From positions 1 to 64,000 of IMG/VR virus record IMGVR_UViG_3300043395_001986: a stretch of DNA of 64,000 nucleotides; one strand, given 5' to 3'. Made by a program: the position numbers and the translations under genes. Origin of the DNA: a virus (lineage: Duplodnaviria; Heunggongvirae; Uroviricota; Caudoviricetes). Positions 9,880 through 18,664 of this stretch are shown here, piece by piece. Under the pieces are notes generated by a model. The model did no database searches and had not been told where the DNA came from. It was given only the letters and a program-made list of their open reading frames with translations. Each line of letters starts with the position of its first letter. Positions within the stretch are counted from its first letter, which is position 1.

Positions 9880-11087
9880 TGAAAAATATTGTTATAGTAG
9901 GTGGTGGAACAGCTGGTTGGCTATCTGCATTTTTTTTAAAAAAAAATTATAAAGATTGTAATATATGTTTAATAGAAAGTTCTAAAATTGGAATATTAGG
10001 AGCAGGCGAAGGTGCAACACCAAATCTCCAATCAATGCTTATTCAAGGATTTGGGTTTAATGAGGAAGATTTTTTAAAGAAAATAAATGGAACAAAAAAA
10101 TATGGAATTAATTTTACTAATTGGAGTAGGGATTTAAATAAAAATTTTGTTCATGGGTTTGAAGAAGATGGGACTGAAAACGAAATATATTCTTATCATT
10201 TTAATGCAAGATTGTTTTCAGAATATTTAAAAAATAAAAATATAGAAAAAGGTGTTCGGCACATAGATGCAGAAATTGATAAATTTGTAAAAAAAAATAA
10301 TAAAATAAAAAAAATTATTTTAAAAAATGGAGAAGAAGTAAAAACAGATTTTGTAATAGATTGTTCCGGATTTGCAAGATTAATTATAGGAAATGAATAT
10401 AATACAAAATGGAATTCATATGAAGATGAATTATTAGTTAATTCCGCTATACCATTTTTTATAAAAGAAGAAAATAATAATATAAATCAAAAAACAACAG
10501 CAGAAGCAATAGATTGGGGCTGGATGTGGAAAATCCCACTCAAAGATAGATGGGGATGTGGCTATCTGTATAATGATAACATGATAGATGATGATTTTAT
10601 TCAAAAGGAAATTTATAGATTATATGGTGATAAAAATATACAAATCAATAAAAAAATAAAATTCAAACCGGGTTCATATGAAGATGTATGGGTAGAAAAT
10701 TGTGTAGCAATTGGATTATCTAGTGGGTTTTTAGAACCATTAGAAGCAACTTCTATAATGACAATTGTATTTCAATTAAGACAATTATCTAATAATATTT
10801 TCGATGATTCAAAAAGAAATGAATACAATTATAATGTAAAGCAATTTAATTTTCAAAATATGATGTTTATACGACATCATTATAATTGTGATAGATGTGA
10901 TACTGAATTTTGGCGAACATATAAGTCCAAAAAAATACCAAATATTTTACAAGAAATTTATGATTCATTTTATACTAAAAAAACATTATCTGATATTTTT
11001 AAAACAGAGTATTTAGCTTTTACAAAAAAACAATATATACATATATATAATAATAATTTTAGTAAAAATAAAAAAACACTAATATGA
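9879..11087 (+). CDS. flavin-dependent tryptophan halogenase family protein; KKTLI tag
   Basis: GGGTAGW, GAGEGATP, K..I.F.NW, GWMWKIP (WxWxIP), FLEPLEATSI. Confidence 0.9.
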   Translation: MKNIVIVGGGTAGWLSAFFLKKNYKDCNICLIESSKIGILGAGEGATPNLQSMLIQGFGFNEEDFLKKINGTKKYGINFTNWSRDLNKNFVHGFEEDGTENEIYSYHFNARLFSEYLKNKNIEKGVRHIDAEIDKFVKKNNKIKKIILKNGEEVKTDFVIDCSGFARLIIGNEYNTKWNSYEDELLVNSAIPFFIKEENNNINQKTTAEAIDWGWMWKIPLKDRWGCGYLYNDNMIDDDFIQKEIYRLYGDKNIQINKKIKFKPGSYEDVWVENCVAIGLSSGFLEPLEATSIMTIVFQLRQLSNNIFDDSKRNEYNYNVKQFNFQNMMFIRHHYNCDRCDTEFWRTYKSKKIPNILQEIYDSFYTKKTLSDIFKTEYLAFTKKQYIHIYNNNFSKNKKTLI

Positions 11088-11725
11088 CTTTTCTAGAAGA
11101 AATAAAATTTAGTCCTACTTTATCAATATGGAAATCGAAATTTGATTTAACAAATAGAAATAAATTAATACAAGAATGCGAAGAACATATAAAAAACTTA
11201 CCGGACGTTTGGAATGATGGATATGGTTACTATATGAATGATAGTTTAAAATATAAAGGATATGTTGATATACCAATAGAAAAAGAACTAGATTCAATTA
11301 TGTTGACAGCAATTAATGAATGTATTGAGATATACTCTGAAAAATTTAATGAAATTAAAGCAGATATATGGATAAATGTTGTTAGAGCAAAAAATCCAAT
11401 ACAAAAAAACTATAAATCAAATGGAGGTTTAATTTTTCATAATCATGTTGATTTAAATATTAAAAATAAATTAACACCACCATTATATACTTTTGTTTGT
11501 TATATACAAATGCCAGATAATCTAACCAATGATGATGGTGTATTATTTATGGAAGATGTTGATAAATCAGTTTTTTCAATATTACCAAAAGATGGTGATA
11601 TATTGATTATGAAAGGTGATTTACCGCATGTTCCAAACTATGCACCAAATTCTACAAAAGATAGAATTGTATTAGCAGGTAGTGTTAGAATGGATTTTTC
11701 TAAATTAAATAAAAGTTTAATATAA
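11084..11725 (+). CDS. 2OG-Fe(II)/DSBH oxygenase-like protein; NKSLI tag
   Basis: WIN...HNH...YIQMP...LPH...RIVLAG. Confidence 0.7.
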   Translation: MTFLEEIKFSPTLSIWKSKFDLTNRNKLIQECEEHIKNLPDVWNDGYGYYMNDSLKYKGYVDIPIEKELDSIMLTAINECIEIYSEKFNEIKADIWINVVRAKNPIQKNYKSNGGLIFHNHVDLNIKNKLTPPLYTFVCYIQMPDNLTNDDGVLFMEDVDKSVFSILPKDGDILIMKGDLPHVPNYAPNSTKDRIVLAGSVRMDFSKLNKSLI

Positions 11726-12450
11726 TGTTAGTAGAAAATAAATTTATATACCTTAATTTACCAAGATGCGCATCTACATCATTTCATATAGCATGCCTTA
11801 AATACGAATTGGATATTAAATATTATGATGATATTATTCATACATTAAATCCACCAAAATTAAATAAAAATGATAACAATGAAATAATAGCTGATAATTT
11901 ATCACATACACATGAAAAGTTAATTAATTTGCAAAAAAAATTTGGTTATGATTTACCTGTTATTGCTGTAAAAAGGAATTCATATGAAAGGTATATATCA
12001 TTATGGAAACATATAATAGATGAACTTTATAGAATAGGTGAATTTGAAACTTTTAATATATTTAAGTCTTTAAATGTTGATGAATTATTATCATATACAG
12101 AAATTGATATATCATCAAATGAGAAAAAATATGAGTTTATAAAAAAATTCTTTAAAAGATACAACATTCCCAGAACCGATGCATATGTAACCGCAATGAT
12201 ATATATGATTATGAGTCCAACTTCACATTGGCATAATCATAATAAATCAATTATATGGTTTGATATACAAAATATAAAAGAATTAGAAAATTGGGTATCT
12301 GAAAAATTAAGTTTTGATTTTAAATTGGAAAAAACAAATTCAAGTCAACACTTTGAATGTAATATAATAAATGATGAATATTTTAAAAAAAAGTATGATT
12401 CTATATATAAAAATTATGATAACCCAAAAAATATTAAATCGTTAATATAA
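11725..12450 (+). CDS. sulfotransferase-like protein, paralog of 9112; IKSLI tag
   Basis: FIYLNLPRCASTSF, RNSYERYISLW, shared PTSHWHN. Confidence 0.7.
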   Translation: MLVENKFIYLNLPRCASTSFHIACLKYELDIKYYDDIIHTLNPPKLNKNDNNEIIADNLSHTHEKLINLQKKFGYDLPVIAVKRNSYERYISLWKHIIDELYRIGEFETFNIFKSLNVDELLSYTEIDISSNEKKYEFIKKFFKRYNIPRTDAYVTAMIYMIMSPTSHWHNHNKSIIWFDIQNIKELENWVSEKLSFDFKLEKTNSSQHFECNIINDEYFKKKYDSIYKNYDNPKNIKSLI

Positions 12451-12451
12451 T

Positions 12452-12739
12452 ATGATAAATTTTAAAGAAATATTTATTGCTTGGAAAACATCATTTAATC
12501 CAAGCGAATCGGAATCAAAAATTGCAAAAGATAGATTAGAAATTTGTATAAGTTGTGAATATAAAAAAGAAGTTTTTGAAAAAAAAGAATGGTCGGCAAT
12601 ATGTGGTAAATGTGGATGTCCATTAATGAAAAAAGTATTTTCAAAAGAAATTAACCCATGTCCAATGGGATATTGGATGGAATCGGATAATAAAAATGGA
12701 TTAACTATTCAAACAAAAAATAAAAAATCGTTTTTATAA
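12452..12739 (+). CDS. small Cys-rich metal-binding protein; KKSFL tag
   Basis: RLEICISC...CGKCGCP...CPMGYW. Confidence 0.65.
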   Translation: MINFKEIFIAWKTSFNPSESESKIAKDRLEICISCEYKKEVFEKKEWSAICGKCGCPLMKKVFSKEINPCPMGYWMESDNKNGLTIQTKNKKSFL

Positions 12740-12747
12740 ACTTAACA

Positions 12748-12755
12748 TATTTATA
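12748..12755 (+). promoter_or_regulatory. putative phage late promoter TATTTATA before the Hint protein
   Basis: The same motif recurs in most intergenic gaps. Confidence 0.55.
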
Positions 12756-12773
12756 AATGTAAATAAAAAAATT

Positions 12774-14267
12774 ATGAAAGGTACAATAATAGGAAGTGAT
12801 TTATTACAAAAAGAAGATTCGGTAAAAGTCATTGAAATAAATACAAATACAACCATTTACAATGATGGTGCTGAATTTTTAGACTATACGGCACTATTTT
12901 CGGTTTTGGTAGCAAATAATATAAATGAATTACATTTTATATACACAGCTGGAAATAGTTATCTACCAACCAATGCAGCATCATTTGTATTTGAAGATAA
13001 ATTAAAAGAAAAATGTTTAGAACACAATATAGAATATTATCCTTATATAGTTCCTGCTAATTCAATTACAATACCATATGTTGAAGATGCATCAAATAAA
13101 TTTATTTTAAGACAAGCATTTGATACTACCGCATTAGTTGATGAAACATATTGTGCAGATAAATTTGAATTTTTAAATTTAATGAGTGGTTCAAATTATA
13201 TACCAAATACATTTTTTAATGATTCCGATTTAGGATTTGATACAATAAATTCTATAAATTTAGAAAATCCAAATGAACCAAATTATATTATAAAATCTAA
13301 AAGTCCAAGATACGATTCAAAAAACTATCCTGCAATATACGGAATAGAAACAGAAAATGAACTAATTGATTTAAAAAATTCTCTTCCTTCTGACCATTTA
13401 ATTCAAGAATTTATTTATGATGATTTAAATATTATAGATGGTAAATGGGCTGTTATAAGAAGTATTGATATTATATATGGAAACGAATTAGATGTTATTA
13501 ATATGGGAGGATATACCCATTCTACCAGAATACCTTTAAGTTTTGCATCAAATGAATTTGTAGAAGGTACTAAAAAATATAATCAAAAGACAAGATACAA
13601 ATATATTAATAAACAATTAGGAAATTTTGCAACAATAGATTATCACGTAGATAGTGATACAATGATATTAGATTATACAGGTTCGTTAGTAGATGTTGAT
13701 ACTATTCAATTGGGAACATTTGTAAAATCAGTAGATTTCACAGATTTAAGTGGTAGTTCAATACAACATAACATATCTGATATTACAACGTTTGGCTGGG
13801 ATGGTACTTTAGAAAAAACAATTGAAACATTAACGGATATAACATCATCATTGGTTGGATTATCTTCTGCTTCTGTTGATACTATTTTTGTAAAAATAAC
13901 ATTAGAAAATGGATTAAATTGGGATGATTCACCATCTGCAACTTACTATATTGAAGAGTCTGGCTCATTATCAACAAGATGGGAAAAGATTAATAATATG
14001 TATATTGGTGATAAATTGATTGTAAAAAACAATACCACAAATCAATTAGAAACGATAGAAATAACTAATTTAGAAATGGTATATGCACAGAAAACAATAT
14101 ATGATTTAGACTTTGAAGATTCTGATTTGTTTTTAGTTGATATTGGAGATGGATTATTTGGTATAATGCACAACAGCTGTTGGTGTTGTGGTAACCCATG
14201 CGGACACTGGTGTTGTTCACAATATTGCCCAATCTGCTACCAAAACTTACCTCCCGGATGTAAATAA
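12774..14267 (+). CDS. circularly permuted ATP-grasp-like + Hint domain + C-terminal Cys-rich peptide fusion
   Basis: N-terminal GSD...VIEINTN, later DKFEF, YIIK, LIQEFI; Hint about aa 291-467 ending IYDLDF...MHN; then SCWCCGNPCGHWCCSQYCPICYQNLPPGCK. Confidence 0.7.
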   Translation: MKGTIIGSDLLQKEDSVKVIEINTNTTIYNDGAEFLDYTALFSVLVANNINELHFIYTAGNSYLPTNAASFVFEDKLKEKCLEHNIEYYPYIVPANSITIPYVEDASNKFILRQAFDTTALVDETYCADKFEFLNLMSGSNYIPNTFFNDSDLGFDTINSINLENPNEPNYIIKSKSPRYDSKNYPAIYGIETENELIDLKNSLPSDHLIQEFIYDDLNIIDGKWAVIRSIDIIYGNELDVINMGGYTHSTRIPLSFASNEFVEGTKKYNQKTRYKYINKQLGNFATIDYHVDSDTMILDYTGSLVDVDTIQLGTFVKSVDFTDLSGSSIQHNISDITTFGWDGTLEKTIETLTDITSSLVGLSSASVDTIFVKITLENGLNWDDSPSATYYIEESGSLSTRWEKINNMYIGDKLIVKNNTTNQLETIEITNLEMVYAQKTIYDLDFEDSDLFLVDIGDGLFGIMHNSCWCCGNPCGHWCCSQYCPICYQNLPPGCK

Positions 14268-14284
14268 TTAAATTAAAAAATATT

Positions 14285-14422
14285 ATGGCAAATAAAAGAA
14301 TAGAGAGACCATCTCAAATAATCAAAGTAGATATAAAACCTATATCAAACGAATTAAAGACAAAAATAGCAACGGCATTTCAAACAATTGTATCAAAAAT
14401 TAAAGAAAAACATTTATCTTAA
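14285..14422 (+). CDS. small basic 45-aa protein (absent from ORF track)
   Basis: Hand translation MANKRIERPSQIIKVDIKPISNELKTKIATAFQTIVSKIKEKHLS; fills the gap, A-rich leader. Confidence 0.65.
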   Translation: MANKRIERPSQIIKVDIKPISNELKTKIATAFQTIVSKIKEKHLS

Positions 14423-14454
14423 TTTTGATAATATTGTATTTTTGATAAATTGTT

Positions 14455-15003
14455 ATGTTAACCAACTTTTCACACACTGCTCTTTTTACTTCCGATGAAA
14501 TAAACAAAATATTAAATCATATGGGAGAAACATCGGATACACTATATCCGGTTTATATGGATGGGAATTGGAATGATATTGGTTGTAAAATGCAAAGTAG
14601 CGATTTGGAATGGAATGATGAGATTAATTGGTTTTTTATAAAATTATCAAAATGGATTGATAGTTTACAATTAGGTATAAAATTAGTAAATCCCCCACAT
14701 GCTGTATTTAGAAAGTATGTAGTTGGGGATTTTTTTATTAAACATATAGACCAACCTCCCAACCCAAAACCAATAAGATATATGTCGGTTTGTATTCAAC
14801 TTTCAAACGAATCGGAATATGAAGGTGGAAATGTATATGTTTATGCAAAAAATAATAAACAATTAATACCAAAAACAATAGGATATACTTACGCATTTGG
14901 AATAAAAGTTCCACATGAAGTAACACCGATTACAAACGGAATACGAAAATCGCTGACTATATTTGTAAGTGAAAATCATATTAAAAGAACTAATTTATTA
15001 TAG
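14455..15003 (+). CDS. 2OG-Fe(II) oxygenase; RTNLL tag
   Basis: KHID...PHEVTPITNGIRKSL. Confidence 0.9.
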   Translation: MLTNFSHTALFTSDEINKILNHMGETSDTLYPVYMDGNWNDIGCKMQSSDLEWNDEINWFFIKLSKWIDSLQLGIKLVNPPHAVFRKYVVGDFFIKHIDQPPNPKPIRYMSVCIQLSNESEYEGGNVYVYAKNNKQLIPKTIGYTYAFGIKVPHEVTPITNGIRKSLTIFVSENHIKRTNLL

Positions 15004-16077
15004 ATGTCATTTGATTTAAAAGATTATATTTGCACAATTCCTTTTAAAAGATTAGAAATACACCCAGAAGCGTATGCATTATGTTGTCCTGAATGGTTAA
15101 AAAAACGTTTACCAAAAGGAATTGATAAACTGCCGGATGTATGGAATTCCGAGGAATCTACTGAAATAAGGAAATCAATAGTAGATGGTAGTTATAAATA
15201 CTGCAGTCACATTACGTGTCCACATTTAAGCGAATTAAAAAATTTAAAAAATAAAAATGTATCACCTATAAAACATAGAAAGGAATTAGATGATGATTTT
15301 TGGGATGTATATGATGAAGTAACTGGTAGAATGAAAATAGGCCCAAGAACTATTCACATGAGTTTTGACCTAACATGTAATTATAAATGTCCATCTTGTA
15401 GGGTTGAAATGTTTGTAGAAAATTCAGAAGGTATAAAAAGAATCAATACTACAATTGAGGAAATGGAAAAATTATTTGCAAAAGATTTAGAATTAATATA
15501 CACCATAGGTAGTGGTGACCCATTTGCATCGGTTGCATTTAGAAACTATTTAAGAAATTTTGACCCTAAAAAATATCCAAAATTAAAAACTATAATGTTG
15601 CACACAAATGCTTCTCTTTGGAATAAAAAAATGTGGGATAGTATGCCAAACATACACAAATATGTAACAACTTGTGAAATATCAATTGATGCGGGTACAA
15701 AACATACATACGAAAATGTAACAAGATTAGGTGGTAATTGGGAAAATCTAATGGATAATTTAAATTTTATATCAACAATACCTAATTTAAAAGTTATTAG
15801 AACATCCTTTGTTGTACAACAGGCAAATTATACAGAAATGGAAATATTTTTACAAAAAATGAGAAATATTTTTACAAAAAATGGAAAAGTATATTTTGGT
15901 AGAGTAACAAAATGGGGACACATTTCTGAATCTACTTTTAAATTTTTAGATGTTGCGAATCCTGAGCATCCTGAACATCAGCTATTTTTAAATGAATTAA
16001 AAAAGGTCTCACACAATCCATATGTATTACATAATATGTACGAATTATCTCAATCAAAAAATTTAAATTTGATATAA
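15004..16077 (+). CDS. radical SAM protein with N-terminal SPASM/twitch-like Cys cluster; NLNLI tag
   Basis: CNYKCPSC; N-terminal C..PF...CC...W...C....CP. Confidence 0.9.
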   Translation: MSFDLKDYICTIPFKRLEIHPEAYALCCPEWLKKRLPKGIDKLPDVWNSEESTEIRKSIVDGSYKYCSHITCPHLSELKNLKNKNVSPIKHRKELDDDFWDVYDEVTGRMKIGPRTIHMSFDLTCNYKCPSCRVEMFVENSEGIKRINTTIEEMEKLFAKDLELIYTIGSGDPFASVAFRNYLRNFDPKKYPKLKTIMLHTNASLWNKKMWDSMPNIHKYVTTCEISIDAGTKHTYENVTRLGGNWENLMDNLNFISTIPNLKVIRTSFVVQQANYTEMEIFLQKMRNIFTKNGKVYFGRVTKWGHISESTFKFLDVANPEHPEHQLFLNELKKVSHNPYVLHNMYELSQSKNLNLI

Positions 16078-16078
16078 G

Positions 16079-16603
16079 ATGATATGGATAAGTGAAAATT
16101 TTAATAGACTATCGAATAGTGAATTAGAATTTCTAAAAAATAAGTGCAAGAATTTTATTTTAACAGAATCTCCAATATTATATAATAATGGTTTAACTAA
16201 AAATTATTATCATAGATATAAATTTAATGTTGATGATTTAGAATTTAAAGAAATAATTAATAAAATAACGGAACATATAAAAAAAGAAACAAATCACAAT
16301 GAGATTGAATTATGGACTATCCAAATAAATAAAATATTCGAAGGGTCTAATGAGGAAGATGAATTGCATGTAGATAGTTGTGATTTAACTTTTATATTGT
16401 ATCTAAATAATGAGTTTGAAGGTGGTGAGTTTGAATATATAAATCAAGATAAAAAAATTATAAAAATAAAACCAAAAGAAAATTTTTCTATAATATCAAA
16501 CGATAAATTAATACACAGAGTATTACCAGTAAGTAGTGGAGAAAGATTTAGTTTGGTTATGTTTTTTAATATAGGTAAAAAAAATAAATTAACTTTAATT
16601 TAG
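16079..16603 (+). CDS. 2OG-Fe(II) oxygenase; KLTLI tag
   Basis: LHVD...YLN..FEGG...HRVLPVSSGERFSLV. Confidence 0.9.
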   Translation: MIWISENFNRLSNSELEFLKNKCKNFILTESPILYNNGLTKNYYHRYKFNVDDLEFKEIINKITEHIKKETNHNEIELWTIQINKIFEGSNEEDELHVDSCDLTFILYLNNEFEGGEFEYINQDKKIIKIKPKENFSIISNDKLIHRVLPVSSGERFSLVMFFNIGKKNKLTLI

Positions 16604-16612
16604 TTGTTTATT

Positions 16613-17131
16613 ATGAAAATTTTAATAATTTCATTACCTAGAACTGGTTCAACATCGTTAATGAAACTAACAGCAAAAAAACATAATTTAAATTATATAC
16701 ACGAGCCGTTTAATAAAATATTTTACGAAAAATATAAAAATTATGATTGGATATCTAATGATAATTATGTTATAAAATCTATTATAGACCAATTACCAGA
16801 AGGTGAGACGGACATAATATCTTACTGGGAAAAGTTTCATAAAAATTTTGATAAAATCATATTACTTTCAAGAAAAGATTTGGTTGATTGTTCCAAAAGT
16901 TTAGCATATGCAGCATACCACACCGAAAAAGCATATTGGTCAAACAAATACATATGGGAATTAACACCAAATTTAGAAGAAACTTATAGATATATTATAT
17001 TTTTGAATAAATTAATGTTTGATATAAAAAATAGATTAAATTTAGATATAATATATTATGAAGATATTTTTGATATAAATTCAGATGAAAGATTAAGAAT
17101 TAATAAAAATATAAAAAAAAAGTTATTATAA
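16613..17131 (+). CDS. sulfotransferase-like (Stf0-like) protein; KKKLL tag
   Basis: ISLPRTGSTSL, HEPF, LSRKD, IYYEDI. Confidence 0.75.
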   Translation: MKILIISLPRTGSTSLMKLTAKKHNLNYIHEPFNKIFYEKYKNYDWISNDNYVIKSIIDQLPEGETDIISYWEKFHKNFDKIILLSRKDLVDCSKSLAYAAYHTEKAYWSNKYIWELTPNLEETYRYIIFLNKLMFDIKNRLNLDIIYYEDIFDINSDERLRINKNIKKKLL

Positions 17132-17229
17132 TTTTAAATAATTTCAATCTACACTATAAGTCTCTGAAAATCAATTGATTAAATAAAAAAAAGTTAATAA
17201 AAATATTAGGAAATATGGATTTTTTTTCG

Positions 17230-17237
17230 TAACTTTG
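17230..17237 (+). promoter_or_regulatory. Bacteroidota sigma-A-type -7 element TAACTTTG
   Basis: Matches TAnnTTTG in the intergenic gap before 17265; -33 element only imperfect. Confidence 0.55.
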
Positions 17238-17264
17238 AGTATAATAAAATCTAAAACCTAAAAT

Positions 17265-17792
17265 ATGCTAAAACAAATTGTTACAATTTTAATTCTTTTT
17301 TCATTCCTTTCTTGTAAAAAAGAAGAACCAATAATAGTAAAAAAAGAAAATGTCTATAAAATAGAAATAGACGGGAGATTACCATTTGATGTAAATGGGT
17401 ATTATCATCTTAAATTGGATTCTACAAAAAACCAAACAATTCATAGAATTTCTGGATCATTAAGATTAAATGGAGAAATACCATTTCCTTCTGAAAAAAT
17501 CGAATGGAATAGTAATTTGTATTGGTATATAGTTCAAGGAGATACAATTGCTAGGATAACAAAAACATATATAAATTATTTCACAGGTAATGTTACTGTC
17601 GTATCTTTACCACCATTAGTTTCAAATAAAACCGAATTAGTACCAACAATAAATTCAGCTAGTTATAGTGGATATGGTGTTGGTGATATCAATACCGTCA
17701 TTGCACCCATATATAAAATGAAAGGTGATACAATGATAATTAAAGCATCAATCGAAAAAGAATTTAAAATAACAAAAATAGTATTAGAATGA
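17265..17792 (+). CDS. putative lipoprotein
   Basis: Signal peptide with lipobox FLSC followed by KKEE. Confidence 0.7.
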   Translation: MLKQIVTILILFSFLSCKKEEPIIVKKENVYKIEIDGRLPFDVNGYYHLKLDSTKNQTIHRISGSLRLNGEIPFPSEKIEWNSNLYWYIVQGDTIARITKTYINYFTGNVTVVSLPPLVSNKTELVPTINSASYSGYGVGDINTVIAPIYKMKGDTMIIKASIEKEFKITKIVLE

Positions 17793-18229
17793 TATATTGG
17801 TTTACAGGTCAGCCGGCGGCGGGAAAAACAACATTAGCGAACTGGTTAGCAGCATCGTTTCCTACACAAAAAGTAAAAATTGTAGATGGAGATGATATTA
17901 GAGAAATTTTTGATAACAAAGATTATTCAGAAGCCGGAAGAAGAAAGAACATAGATTTAGCACAAAAGATTGCACAATTCTTACACAAAAAAGGTGAGAT
18001 AGCAATAGTGTCATTAGTTTCTCCATACAGAGACCAAAGAGAAGAATTTAAACAAAAAATGGGAAATGATTTGGTAGAAATATATGTACATTGTTTTACG
18101 GATAGAGGTAGGACACATTTTCACGTTCCTAATTACGAACCGCCATTGGAAAATTTTATTGATGTAGATACTACCAATGATAAAGAATTTCAATCTATAC
18201 AAAAAATAAGAGAAAAATTAGGTTTATAA
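17789..18229 (+). CDS. cysC: adenylylsulfate (APS) kinase
   Basis: WFTGQPAAGKTT, DGDDIR, VSLVSPYR, YEPP. Confidence 0.9.
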   Translation: MIYWFTGQPAAGKTTLANWLAASFPTQKVKIVDGDDIREIFDNKDYSEAGRRKNIDLAQKIAQFLHKKGEIAIVSLVSPYRDQREEFKQKMGNDLVEIYVHCFTDRGRTHFHVPNYEPPLENFIDVDTTNDKEFQSIQKIREKLGL

Positions 18230-18253
18230 TAAAAAATTTAGTAAATTAGACTT

Positions 18254-18664
18254 ATGAAAAAATACGCATTATTCATCGGAAGATGGCAAACATGGCACAA
18301 AGGACATGAGTGGTTAATCAATCAACAATTAGAAAAAGGAAAGAATTGTTGGGTAGCAATTAGAGATGTGCAAGTGGATGAAAACAATCCAAAATCGGCA
18401 CAACAAGTTTTAAAAGAATTATCAAACGAACCATTCTTTACAAACAATTTTGATAAAATTTTATTATCAATAATACCAGATATTGAAAGTGTAAACTATG
18501 GTAGAGCGGTTGGATATGAGGTGATATATCACGAACCACCAAAAGAAATCGAACAAATTAGTGGAACTGCAATTAGAAAGAAATACATCGACTCTAATGG
18601 AGATGTGATTGTTTACAATATAGATACCGAAGATGATAGTAGAAAGAAAGAGACACATAGCTAA
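18254..18664 (+). CDS. HxGH (cytidylyltransferase-like) nucleotidyltransferase
   Basis: GRWQTWHKGH, ISGTAIR. Confidence 0.8.
   Translation: MKKYALFIGRWQTWHKGHEWLINQQLEKGKNCWVAIRDVQVDENNPKSAQQVLKELSNEPFFTNNFDKILLSIIPDIESVNYGRAVGYEVIYHEPPKEIEQISGTAIRKKYIDSNGDVIVYNIDTEDDSRKKETHS

Noticed and set aside
13644-14174. Canonical splicing intein or homing element
   Set aside because: No N-terminal Cys/Ser, no TxxH and no endonuclease domain.
14169-14267. DGR variable region
   Set aside because: No template repeat or reverse transcriptase in the window.
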